From assembly GCA_002794465.1 (NCBI GenBank), contig MTSL01000199.1:34291-66290 (forward strand): a stretch of 32,000 bases of DNA, in the 5' to 3' direction. This DNA comes from Paramicrosporidium saccamoebae KSL3 (lineage: Eukaryota; Fungi; Cryptomycota). Numbering within the stretch: position 1 is the first letter of the stretch; each line of letters starts with the position of its first letter. A program made the position numbers and the translations under genes. The notes under the pieces were generated by a model, which was not told the origin of the DNA, did no database searches, and worked only from the letters and a program-made list of their open reading frames with translations. Shown here one piece after another: positions 1-12,400 of this stretch.

Positions 1-548
1 CGCTGTCAGTGAATGTTGTTGAACGTCCGTCAATTGCAAGCGCTCCTGATCAGCTGGACTATTTTTGCGTAGGTGATGTTGCCCGTTTCGAATTGTTGGG
101 CACTGGTCCTTGGACCGTGTCATACACTCTCAAAGATGAGGCAAAGTCAAAGAAGAAGACGGATACTGTGTCCATAAACAGGCTGAATATTTTATTGGCC
201 GAATCTGGTACTTTGGTAATCCACACCGTATGTAACAGACATTGTTGTGCGGAGATTCCACCAACCGGACTTCAATATTCTGTCCACTCGCTGCCATCCG
301 CGGCCATCTCAGATGGGATGCAGTACTTAAGGGAAGGTGAAGAAACTGAATTTTCCGTTTCGTTGCGCGGCGTTCCTCCATTCACATTTGCTTATCAACG
401 AATTGACGAATCCGGAGGTCGAGTCGTTGATACCGTCACAGTAAACGACGTACAATCCACCGAACATCGCATCAAAGTATCATCAAGTGGCACGTTCCGT
501 GTAGTCCAAGTTAAGGATAGATTTTGTCAATATCCAAAAAAACGATAA
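1..548 (+). CDS. POM152: Nucleoporin Pom152, C-terminal Ig-like repeats (5' partial; gene starts before the window)
   Basis: Frame is open from the window start. The C-terminus GVPPFTFAYQR...VVDTVTVNDV...GTFRVVQVKDRFCQYP matches the last Ig-like repeat of fungal Pom152 as I recall it. Confidence 0.8.
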   Translation, partial: LSVNVVERPSIASAPDQLDYFCVGDVARFELLGTGPWTVSYTLKDEAKSKKKTDTVSINRLNILLAESGTLVIHTVCNRHCCAEIPPTGLQYSVHSLPSAAISDGMQYLREGEETEFSVSLRGVPPFTFAYQRIDESGGRVVDTVTVNDVQSTEHRIKVSSSGTFRVVQVKDRFCQYPKKR

Positions 549-590
549 ATGTAATGTTGCATAACTTTCCAATTCCACCTCCCATACAAT

Positions 591-3534
591 ATGGAGGAAT
601 TCAGACAAAGGTTCTCTCCTTTAGTCGTTGTATGTCACGATGAATACCTTAATCAGATTTATTCTATCAACTCAGGCCCTTCTTCATTCTCCCAGTGCTT
701 AAAGAAGACTGAAAAGTTGAATTACACCATCTCAACAGGTACTTCCGGCCAGTCTAGGCATCTGTTCATCAGAATTGCAAGCGCGAATTCTGTGCATTCT
801 TATTCTCATGACAACTATTTTCATTACCTTGAAGAAAAGTGGTCCGAAATTGAAGCGAAGAAGATTCCCTTAGAGGACTCCATTGAAGCTATGAGTGTTT
901 CTTGCATGGATGGGGTCTGGCAGCCCAAAGCTTACACAACCATCGATCATCCTGTAGCATGCATTCATGCTGTATCTGCAGACAATAATGATGCTTTGAA
1001 ATGGCTTCTCGATTCCCAGCAAAATTTGCCCCACCTGTTGGAGCCTCTGGCGAAGAGAACCATCAGTTCGGATATTTTACATTATTTCGTCTTGGTAAGG
1101 TCAGCTGAGACTGTTGGAGGCTACAGAGACACACATGTTAATGAGCTATTCTCCGCCATGTGTCGTCATTTTGGTCATAATACAGCCCAGATTATCATTC
1201 ATTCAGGAAAAGTTCAAGATCAGGATATGCTCGCTTGGGAAGGACTAATGAGGTCGTTCGTGTCCCAAAGTCTTGCAGTTTTTATGCAAAACTTTGTTAA
1301 TTCAGGGACACAGGCGGCTAATAGTATCAAGAGTCCGATGGTCGGACTTGGATTCGCGGGAAAACTCTTTTCTGCGGGACGAAAATGGCTTACTAATTCT
1401 TCAGACGGCTCAAATCATTTAGGATCTTCATTCGATAGCTCTGAATTTTTGACACGAAGAGCGGCCGATTTTTCCATATTAATCGGAGACTGGGCTGAAG
1501 CACAATCAATCATCGACAGCTTGATAGACTCGATCACAGACGGCAAGGCCAGCACGGTGCTTCGATTACTAAAAATCCTCTTGCTCGCCGTTCAACAAAG
1601 GCCACTAGATGACCTGTACCGAGATATCGAATCTTTGCTGTCATTGGGCGAAAAGGCTGTAGATAGCTCAATTGAATGCGCCTCCTTAATCATCCGTCTG
1701 TTCAAGATAAGTGCAAGTATTCCTGAAGACTTAAAACTGGCCATTCTGGTACGTTTATCAAATATCGTCTCGCAGCCACACATAAAGTCCTTACTATGTG
1801 CCATGACCGGGCGATTATATGTCAATAGGCGAGGGTTTCGCCAGGCACTCTTGCGTTATTATCACTCAGCACATTTACTAAGACAGCAGGGAAAGGTATT
1901 TTCAATTTTCTAGCTCTAACTCTTAGATCTACTTGACAAAACTGATCAATGATGAATTAGAAGCTCTTACTAAGATCATCCCGATAAAATTTGAAAATGC
2001 CGCATTTGTTCTCAAGGACTGCACGTATAGGCTCAATAGCAGGCCCGATCCTGTGGCCGCCTTGGAATTGCTGGACGAATTTGGTTCTTTGGTGGCAAGA
2101 GAAGAGCAACTCTTGCTAATGGAGACTCTTCGTATGCATTCTAGACATGCCCCGATACATTTTTTGAGTGTTGATCCCTCGAGTTGTTATTTCACAACCT
2201 GCGCCATCAGCTCATTGCCCGAGCCATGTGATTCTGCCTCCACAAGAGCCCATTTAGTCGAAATTTGCAATGGAATCTCGCTTGCTTTAACGACAAGAAT
2301 CGATATCGAGTGCCTTTGGTTGCGGCACTGCTCCGTGTCCGTTTGTGATTCAGAGATTCTGCTACTTACAATTTTCTTTAAAAACCGTATATCTGTGCCC
2401 CTCACTTTGAGCGACATTTCTCTCCAAGTTTTGGCCAGTGATGGAACTCCACACACAATTTCAGCAATTGACGACCTTGCCGTAATTATCGAGCCGCTTG
2501 ATGCAACAAAGACCATATTACGTTTCATGGCCGATTTTACTGGCAAGGCTTTGCCGAATCTCATTCTGGCTACGATTAACGGGATAGCTCCTGTTAGTCT
2601 GTCATTTAAACCACACTGCTCGGAGTTCGGCGAACAAAGTCGCCTTTGTGTTGACCGGAGAGTTCGGTCCCCTCGATTACAGATTGACGTGGAGGGTGTG
2701 TCAACAATGACTTTTAACAACCAAGAAATTCAAGCGACTGTGGTAATTTGGAATACTGGCACCCTTCCTGCTAATAATGTCATATTATTCTCCAGTGGAA
2801 TCGATTCATTTCCCGCAAAAGGTCTTCCTTTAGGAGATATTACTCCTGGAACCTCGATTGAAGTGCCTATTTCTTTCCAAATCGATATTCTTGATGCCAA
2901 CCGGCTCATGATCTTAGCGGCGGAAGCGAATGATATCTCAAATGGTGTCTTTTGGAATAGGGCCTTTACTCCACAACTATCCTTCACCGTAAATACCATA
3001 GTTACAAAGTCGGTTCTCCTGCTTTCGGTGAAAAATGTATCTGAACACTTTCTGCTGAATTACTGCCCAGTGATGTGCTCGGCTGACGGGTGGGAAATTA
3101 CGTCTCAGCCCGATCGTTTGGACATTCCTCCAACGCATACGTCTATCTTCGCCTTCCTGTTAGGATCCAAACAGCTTGAAGGGATCAACCTGGTAAGAGG
3201 CTTGTCTATCAATTCTGAGTGTTACATACTGGGTGACTCATACAGGTTTTCGCATATCCTCAGTGAAGAAATGTTCGGCTTGTTAAAGTCAGCAAAGATG
3301 CTCGATCCGGGCGAAGAATGTGCCGCGACGTGCATATCACCTACATTAAAGTTGAATGCGATGAAACTCCCAAGAGACTTGGACCGTCCAGAGGACAGCC
3401 AAAACCCGTGGAGGCCCCGTGAATTAGGCAAGGCGTTGTTAGAAGCCGGCCTGGATAAAGGGCTCTCGACCATCTCCATACTGCTACCTAGCTATGTCCA
3501 CTCTGAAAAATTCTCTATGTATTGTGACGATTAG
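591..3534 (+). CDS. TRS85: TRAPPIII subunit Trs85/TRAPPC8, about 970 aa; exons 591-1895 and 1927-3534
   Basis: N-terminal FSPLVVV..SFSQCL and EFLTRRAADFSILIGDWAEA resemble TRAPPC8 motifs. A 31-nt phase-0 intron at 1896-1926 (GTATTT...CTAAC TCTTAG) joins the two long ORFs in frame. Confidence 0.8.
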
Positions 3535-3914
3535 ATAAAATCATTGGTATAATCTGGTTCTCTATAACATTTGTCGTCATTTTGACAAGGACTGCGTCAG
3601 AAAGATTCGTCTCGAGAATGCATCTTTTGCAGAAGTTTTTCTTCACCAAGGATTCTCGGAACAAATTCATAAATGTGCAAAGGACCACTCTATCGTGTGA
3701 TCCGACCAAAACTCGCTCCTCGGTAATTTCAGTCTAAAAATTTAGATAGAGCCATGGATATTCATGTTCATACCAGAATGCCCGTCTTGTTTCCGGAACA
3801 AAGTCGGATGTACAGGCCATTTGAATATTCTGTAATCTTGAAAAAAAGTTGCTGTCCATCTATGTCAACCGTTTGCTGGTCCGTAATAGTTGGGAACGAA
3901 ATAAAATTGGTCAT
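3515..3914 (-). CDS. Proteasome assembly chaperone 3 (PAC3/PSMG3)-like, 119 aa; exons 3914-3774 and 3733-3515
   Basis: Spliced product MTNFISFPTITDQQTVDIDGQQLFFKITEYSNGLYIRLCSGNKTGIL|TEITEERVLVGSHD... follows the PAC3 pattern (FP..t.Q....I.G, K.G.L, VLLG..D, r.+lL). Phase-0 intron 3734-3773 (40 nt, GTATGA...CTAAATTTTTAG). Length fits the family. Confidence 0.6.
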
Positions 3915-4109
3915 CTAATCCAATGTTCGGCCAGACCCCAGCAATGGTGGAACATGGAAATAGCAGGTGACTGATGCGCTGGTGCAGTCTCTCGTCTCGC
4001 CAATATCAATAATATGTTAAAATCTAATAACCCATACTGGAGCGCACAAAAGATACAGAAGAGTGCGTTGTGGATTTATGTCATATAGTACAATACAGGG
4101 TGATTCAAC

Positions 4110-6071
4110 TCAGACTTTGATTCTGTGAGTGGGATCACAAATGGACAATCGGGTTTTCACGACAGAAAGCTCTATAAAATGATGAGGCACAGCAAGGTTA
4201 CTTTGTTGCGACAATATTAAGAGACTTGAGGAATTAATCGGTTCGTGGGTTTGAAGAAATGTCAAAAGACATACGGCTCTTCGGTAAAAGTGTTTTGCTG
4301 CAGATAAATTTCCTAATAATTCTTGCAAGCCTCCATCACGGGCCTAAATTAGAGCTACCGATTAAAGGACGTACCAACTTCATTGACAGGGAATAAATAG
4401 ATGATAGAGCATACACATCATCACTTGCAGAATCGCACACAGCATTAGTTAACATCACAGACGACGAACAAGCAGAATTTACCTTTCCCAGAACAAGGTC
4501 GAGGGCCGTCGAAAGCCATGATAAAAAATTCTGCGATTGGGGACCAAAGGAAGCGCTTTGCATTGATTCACTCAATTCGATCAGTAGCAAGGCGGCGAAT
4601 TTCGAAAAAACCATTGATTCGCGCACCGAATCACGCAGTGAGAGCGATGAGCGATCCACACTCAATTCCGCATCCGTAACTGCACCAACCAAAGTGAGTG
4701 CCAGTAGTACTTTGTCCCGCATGATGTCATCCTTGCCTGCGAATTTTTCGAGTATCTCCGTCTCAGCCTGATGACGTAGCAATTTTGATGCCGACGGGGA
4801 AGTGACATCAAATGATCTTGCCGAATAAATACTTCCAGATGCACGACTCGGCGGGGTTCCGAATTTAGAAGAGAGTCTCGCGAATGGAGGGATGCTGGTT
4901 GAACTCGAGCTAAGGGAGGAAACTGACTGAGACAGATTGCCCTGTTGCGACTCGCCTTGCTTACGATTTAATAATAGCTCCCCACATGAGCGTCGAGACG
5001 GAATTGAGTTACGCGGCGGCCGGATCGCCTCCGGATCGCTCGCTTGCCTGGTTGGCAGCAAGTATTGAGCGGACTGTCGCTCAAAAGACGCTCCTTCGCC
5101 GTTATGAAAATATTGGTGCGTAAAAAACTCTTCAAAGGACATTCGTTCCATTGGATTTTTTTTCAGTAAATTTTTCAGCAAATGGATGCACTCGTCGGAT
5201 ATTTCGGAACGTCTGTGATTACCGCTAGCATTTGTCGTCTCCGCATAACGAGCCATAGGAGGCACAGGAGATTGATCGATAAGCTTCTGAAGCAAAATGT
5301 GATTTGCTGCACGATATGGTGGCTTTCCATAAAGCATCTCAAACATAATGGCACCAATTGACCATAAATCAGCTTTGGCATCGTACTTTTCGTAGCGCAA
5401 TATTTCAGGTGCCTAAAGAATTTAGACATGACCTTTTATCGCTCTACCATGTACAAGGGCGATCCGCACAAGGTTTGTGCCAAATCAGTGGAGAGCATGG
5501 ATCGAGCAAACCCAAAATCGGCAACTTTTACCGTTAGTGCGTTGTCTTGCTCCACAAGAAGCAGATTTTGTGGCTTCAGGTCACGATGAACAATATTCCT
5601 GACTCTCAATGCTTTTAGTGCGGAAGCTACGTATAATAAATACCTGAAGCCGATTACCGATCTGTCGAATTATTTCCTTGACTGTAAATTCTGAAAGTAT
5701 CCCTTCCTTGCTAATCAGAGCCGATAAATCGCCCTTGTTACAATATTCGATAATGAGATACATGAATGACTTGGTTTGCTATTAATTGAAGCAACAATAT
5801 TGGTAAAATTTTACCTGTATTTCAATGAGCTCAACAACATTAGGATGCTTCAGGTCCTTCATAATTGAGATTTCTGTGCTCAGACTTTCTGCAAGCTTTT
5901 TGTTTAGGCGATGCAGATTTATAGCTTTCACGGCCACCTTTTCTCTAGTTTTCTCTATATTAGGTCGTTCTGCTGATATACCTCATGGTGAGCTAAATAG
6001 ACTGTTGCAAATGACCCATGGCCGATAACTTCGGTCATCTGATAATTTGCAATGCGATGTTCAACTTCCAT
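4110..6071 (-). CDS. ATG1: Autophagy Ser/Thr kinase Atg1/ULK with C-terminal MIT-like region
   Basis: After splicing: [59 protein letters not shown]-terminal [11 protein letters not shown]...YRRAVCLL...KTRL. Introns 5953-5981, 5779-5814, 5627-5657, 5413-5447 and 4344-4374, plus a probable in-frame intron 4172-4201. Confidence 0.9.
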
Positions 6072-6158
6072 CTCGACAACGTTAAGCAAAAAGAATAAAC
6101 TGAGGAATGTAACATGTTTCGTTTGTGCACATATAACTATATGAAACCTGCGTTTATA

Positions 6159-8309
6159 CTATTTCAATGGTTCGAGATTTAAAAAATCAGGTGGTACATA
6201 TCGTAGTCGAATAGCCCGAGCTGCGTCGGCATTTACAAGGGGCTGCATAAAGTCCGCCTTCTCTTTATCTGATTTTAAATCTGGTATTTCGGACAATTTT
6301 TTCGACTCAAAGTCAATCAGAAATGGTTCTGTCGAGTTTGATCGGAGAGTGACTCGTAGATCGTAATAGTCAGCAGAGACCGGAAAGATATCTTTTCTAC
6401 TCACGACATATAACATATCGAGCAACTTATTTCCCTTATTCCGCACCGATGGCGAGGGATGAAAGACAGTGCAATACAAAAGAGCTTGCAGACTTGCACA
6501 AATGTCATTTGGGACGGGCAGTAGCATAGAAATCAAGTCCAAACTCAAGTCGAGGATATCTGATTCTGGGTGCGAAATTAGTTCACCAAATAACTCGCAT
6601 TTATCGGAGTGCGAAGACCCAAGAGTGGATTCTTTTAATATTTTCAGGCAACGCCTAAAATAAAATACCGCAATTAATTGGCCAAACCGTCTATCCGAAG
6701 TTGCGGTGCTCGAGCGAAAAATCATGAGCACATCTTGATAGCTTAATAATGTTGCAGAATGTCCCCGGAAAATAACTTGCCGCACTACTTTAAGAAAAGT
6801 TGCTAGATCTTCGTTATAATCCTTAAAAATTTAGAATGCACGTCAGTTATAACCTGGAAAGAATAATCAGAGTCTTTTGGAGACAAGAAATTCAAGCACT
6901 CGTAACCGCACAGTAAAATGCGCGCTTGTGTTTCCATTTTGAGTTTTTCGAGTAACCGCGTAGCCATAAATCTACGAGTATCGCCATCGTCTGGAGGCGT
7001 CATCCTCGTGGCTAATTTTAGCACTTGGACCTTACAGTCGCATGAGAGCCGTGGGAACAGATCCAGCAGAAGCGGGTAGATTATGATGGGAAATGACTGC
7101 GATTCGTGACCATCCCTTGCTAGCATCTGTCCCAAACATGCCAATGCAATATTCTGCTCCTTTGAAGATAGGGAGGATTGCAGCAACCCGAGAAGCATTC
7201 TTTCATAGATCATGTCACAATCGCTCATGTCTTTGGGTTTTTCGCGAACCATGAAAATGATATCGTCAAGATCATCGGAAATAGTTAATAAGGAGTCAAT
7301 AGTCGCATCCTTTCCTGTGGGGCTAGCAATTGCTGGTAAAAGTGATAAATGTGGATGCACAAAGCTATAAAGCAGTCCGGAAAAAACTGTGTCATGGCTA
7401 ACTAATAAATACTCGACATCTTCAATATACCATAATTCCAGGATCTCTCTGACCGTTGGACGTATACTTCTATCTGGCGATAGCATTGTAGTGATATATT
7501 CTACAATATCTGGACCAATCTCTTCAGACAGTTTCGACAGCGATCGTTTAATGTCCATGACATCAGCCCAGAACTCTCGTCGAGGAAGTATCCCTGAATA
7601 TATAAAATAGATCAAGCAGCTAAAGATGTGATAAGCGGTGCTGAACGTACCCTAGGGCATAAACGTCATCTTTCTGTAAGTCTATAGAGCTCGTGGGTGC
7701 CTCTGAACAACAGAATGGCGACTCACGCCACTTTAGCTTTGATGATGTATCATCGGGATCCGGAGCAGATCTTGGGTCAAAGTCAGTGACAGTAAGCCAG
7801 CCCATATCGGAGATGAACACAGAATCTAGGGACAGGTCTCCATGATAGTACTCTTTTTCGTGAACCTCGCCGATCGCTTTTAAAAGCTGGAACACTATCC
7901 ATGTCTTTTCTGTCCGGGTTAGATTCCTCACATTCCTAAGTTCAATTATATGATTAAGGTGCAAGTACCGTAATCTCTCAAATAGGGTGTGTTGGAAGAA
8001 TGGTCTACGATGAAGCACGCTACGAGCGCCGAATAGCAAAGCTTCTTGGATGCAGACGCCCGGAGTCTTTGCAAATATTCTGCCCAGAGCCTTTAGCTTT
8101 GAACAATGGGCTGTGGGTTGAAGAGATTCTGCCTCAGAATCAGTAGCCTTTAGAGGGTCTATGATCCTTAATACGTAGGTACTCTCGGCATCATGATCGC
8201 GGACAGCTAAACTAACGGAACCTACCCTTCTACTCAGCACCCGATGTAGCTCATAATTGGGAAATGCCGTGACAATATCGTGAATTTCCTCCTCTGCAAA
8301 GACGCGCAT
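6159..8309 (-). CDS. VPS15: Vps15/PIK3R4-like pseudokinase plus helical (HEAT-like) region, about 684 aa, no WD40 domain
   Basis: ERLR|NVRNLTRTEKTWIVFQLLKA...HGDL...GWLTVTDF and DVYALG|CLI align with Vps15 DRISTRPFL..EK.WIAFQLL.A...HGDIK...W..LTDF and DIFS.GC.I. Introns 7936-7968 (in frame), 7620-7650 and 6822-6853. First ATG is at 8309. Confidence 0.7.
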
Positions 8310-8343
8310 TATTGGCGTATCCGGCCAGGGCAATATTATTTAG

Positions 8344-9377
8344 ATGATGAACTCTAGCATTGAGGAAGTAATTCCAACATGTCCAGCTCATTTAGTTAGA
8401 CTATTGACTCGAGTCATGAGAAGCTTGAGTCGATGCGAGAAATTGAGCCGGTGCAAAGGTCGGTTGTCGTACAGGAATGGCAAGTTCTATATGGCTTTTA
8501 GAAAATCTGTCTTCGTCAGAACCGCATCAAAAAAATTGAGTCATTGGAGTGTTTCAGCCGGCTAGTCGAACTAGATCTCTACGACAATGGAATTAGTGAA
8601 GTGGAAAAGCTGGATACGTGCAGTAGTCTAAGGTTACAGTATTGTGGTCTCTAACGACGAATCTAGAATTTTGGATTTGTCATTCAACAGAATTTGCAAA
8701 ATTTCAGGGCTGGATCATGTAACACTACTTGAGACTTTGTTTTTCGCCAGCAACAAAATTTTAAAAATTGAAGGACTGAGCAGTCTCCCCGAGCTCCGTG
8801 TACTTGAACTCGGTGCCAATGAAATCACAGTACTACATGAAAAGTGTTTAAGTTTAAGGAAATCTGTGGATTAGAACAAAATGACAAACTAGAGCAGCTC
8901 TTTCTGAGTCGCAACCGAATATCGACTATTACCGGTTTGGGCCACATGCAGAATCTTAGGATTCTTGCTCTGCAAAATAATTCAATCAAAGAGATATCTG
9001 GCCTTGACGGATTGGTCAATCTGGAAGAGCTATACTTGAGCAATAATCGGATTACCACAATCGGAGGGTTGGAACGGAATGTAAAGGTCTCTGATTAACC
9101 CTAATCCTAGGATAAACTTCGCATACTGGATGTTTGCAATAATCATATTGCCACGATTAGCAGTATCTCGCATCTCAAAGAGTTGCAAGAATTTTGGGCT
9201 AGTGGAAATAAGCTGGAGTCTTTTGAGGAATTAAAAGTATTGGCAACTTGTCCTAAACTTATTGCCGTCTACCTGGAACATAATCCATGGTGTCGTAGCT
9301 CCCGTTATGTTGGAATTATAAGGGAGTATTTGCCTTATCTGCGACAGATTGATGCGGCAATATTGAAGTGGGAATGA
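8344..9377 (+). CDS. SDS22: PP1 regulatory subunit Sds22/PPP1R7 (leucine-rich repeats)
   Basis: Spliced repeats CLRQNRI, ELDLYDN, ILDLSFNRI, VLELGANEI, ILALQNN, EELYLSNN, QEFWASGN and VYLEHNP, ending LPYLRQIDA. Introns 8368-8399, 8469-8501, 8633-8666, 8830-8858 and 9081-9110. Confidence 0.9.
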
Positions 9378-9437
9378 GTAAACCATCATTGTATAATGTG
9401 GAGAATTCTATTTGTACACAGTTCAAATTATATATCA

Positions 9438-12400
9438 TCAGGGCCATCGCTTAGCATAGATCTCCACAAACAAGACCAAACTCGCAGGAAATTTGCCGAT
9501 TCTGCTATTGACAAGGCGTTGGGCAAGATCATAGCAGCCACTCTTACAAAGTTGGACGACACAGGGAACGAGCAGTTCGTCGGGCAGCTCTCGCTTCCTA
9601 AGTTGAGCTACCGCAAACGGAAGACACATTCCCGGCTCGTCCAGCCATTTGGTTCCCATGGAAAAAGACTCCTCCTACTCAGGGTAGATTAGACAAGCAA
9701 CACGGATGATACCCTTAGCAGGCTAATAAGATCCTGCTCTGGTGTCGCAACTTTTCTCATAAGAGCTCTTATGCAAATTGGTATTCTTTGATTCCCAGAC
9801 ACGTGCCTTTCGAGCATCGTTTGATAGCAAGACTCGTCTACAAATGGTAAGTAGCACGTTGATTCCGTACCGCCTACGAAACGAGAAATCAAGAAGCCGA
9901 GGTGATAGTCCTCTAGCCGTTCAAAGCACACTTGCAGAGCATCCTCTAACCGACCGGCCAAAATAAAGAAAATGATTGCAAGACGCACCCGCTGCTTGCT
10001 CAGAGCCGCAAAGGCATTTTTCGCGGCCACAGATCTTATCCGTTCATTACTAAAGTCGCTGGAAAGAAAAGACACCATGCGGTTTCCCTCTTGATCAGCG
10101 ACACCCGCTGCTTTCCATAAACTCCTTAGTAGATTCCTGCGTCCTAGAATTAGATACAGGATTGCGCAAGCAGCGGGATCACGATGGACTGAAAAGTCTG
10201 TTCGAGCCACATCTTCCAATAGTTCGCGAAGTCGTTGCTCATTCCTTATCCAGAATCCCATTGCAAAATGGCTAAATTTGCACCAGGAGAGACTGTCTCC
10301 GATTAGTTCGCGGGTTTTGGCGATTAATATTTCTTGCGCATCACTCATACTTGCAGCCAAGTACTCAAAGCCATGAGTGCAGATCTCTTCTGTTGCTTCC
10401 CAAGAGAGTTTTGCAAAAAACAGGTACTTTGCGCCGGCAGCGTCAACGGCAGCTTCGTTTTCTTTGAGCAAATTTGTGGCCTCCAACACTGCTGTTCGCA
10501 AACGAGAGAGCTTTGTCGTGTCCAAACTAGTTCGGGAAATAGTCGAATGGAGCTCGTCATGGAGATCGTCAAAAGTCGGACTTTGAAGTCGAGACCCACT
10601 TTCTACAGGCTCATCAACATTGAGATCGAAGGATGCCAAATCTTCAAAGAAGGAAAAGGTTTCCTGACTCCTGCATGGTGTCTTGCGCAGATTCCTCAAC
10701 GAATCCCCTCCGCTGAAGGATTCTAACCGATCAAATGAGTCTGACAGAGCATAGTTGATTGTACGATAAGAGACAATCCTTTCGGGGATACTGAAGGCGG
10801 GATAGTCTTCCTCACAGGCGATCGGTGTTAACCGAAACAAACTGCCTTCTAATACAATCCAAATGAACTTGTCGTATGACACGCTAATTGATAGTGAAGG
10901 AGCCACCAGTGGCCTGGGGAATGCCGCGGGCCAGAAAGTCGATCCACTATTTCGCCACTTTTCCGATCCATGTGGATCTAAGGACGGAGAGTACTTTACA
11001 ATGCAGTCGTTCAGAGCAATGTAGAGATCTCTTCCATGCCAAACATGGCACAAAGGCTCTTCGACCAGCAGATCGATGTCCGAGCTGTACAACAAGCTTA
11101 CTTCAGCAGGGGAAATGGAGTAAATGCGGATTAGTGACGTTCCACCAACCTCTGGCACGAAAACAACTGCATCTCCGAACTGATTAATCGAGCCAGGCAT
11201 TGAATTTACGGGGAGAGAGGCCAATAAATCAGCAGTACCAGATTCTTGCCAGTTCATCAAATCTACACTAGTACCGGTCCCAGTGATAATCAAAGCTTCT
11301 GCTGTCGTCCCGAAAACTCGCGACATTGCACCTACTGTGGATGCGCACTTGCGTCCAGTTGAATCCACCAAGTATGACCCTGTACGAACTACCGGCAGCC
11401 CTCGGTTACAGTCATCAGTTATTTCACCGACAATGTCATCAATCAAATCGCCCGAATCGGACGACTTAATCAACTCCACGTCAGCCATTGCAAGACGGTG
11501 CACATTGCCGTTCTGGGTGAGGCCATATATTGATGAATTCACTATGCTCGGTTTGAGAAGCTTCATAATGGGCACTGCGTTGCGCATACAGATTGGCCCG
11601 TCGAACGAAAAACCTGCAGTCTTTGACTTGCAGATGGCGTATCCAAAAGGGGCGGAGGAAGAGAAACATAGTAGGAGCGGATCAGGGGGCAGAGTAGGAT
11701 TGAGGCTAGAAACGGATTCAATGTTATAGTCGCTAGCCACCCCATCATGGCCCGTTTCGAAAGGAGCATCTGCAGGCAGTATCTGGGCAGTACGGATCTC
11801 TGTAGACTTCAAGTCGGCCCAGATTACGATATTCCCAAAAAAGCCGCAAAAAGTTGAGGGGGTTAAGGCGGGATGTTTCTCCCAAGTGCAGGACACATTC
11901 AATAGGCGATCGGTTACGACAATAGTCGTAGCAGGAAAATCAATCCCACTCACCTGCATCAAACAGGGCTCCCCACCTCCACGGGGGAGGCTATACAGAA
12001 TTGCACAGCCTTCCCCAATTAGCTGATCGACAGATGAATTTTGCATCCACCAAGTTTGTGGCCCAGAATCGGAGCAGCTGTCGATTTGAGAAAGAATGAA
12101 TTCATCACTTCCATCAAGACGAGGCCCAGAATCCTTGGTGTACAGATACTCGATGCCGCTCACAGTGGTCACAAGTAATGCAGGATTGTGAGTTGAATCA
12201 TCAGCTGATGGTCTCCAGGAAAAACTGGTGGGGGCCTCTTCCGTAATCAAGGGAATGTACACGAGCCTAGAAGCCGTGCCGAAGAATTCCAAATTCTGAC
12301 TAAAACTACGGCCCAATAACCGGCCTAATTCCTTCTTTAACGGCAGCGATTCGGTGGCAAAAGAGACTTTGTAAAGCCTCACAATGCACTCATCCTTGTT

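Noticed and set aside
9096-9110. TAACCCTAATCCTAG as a telomeric repeat
   Set aside because: It is under two units long and is the branch point and acceptor of the last SDS22 intron.
9396-9692. 98-aa plus-strand ORF after SDS22
   Set aside because: It overlaps the last RAV1 exon, which carries the conserved GC..LA..LV motif on the minus strand.
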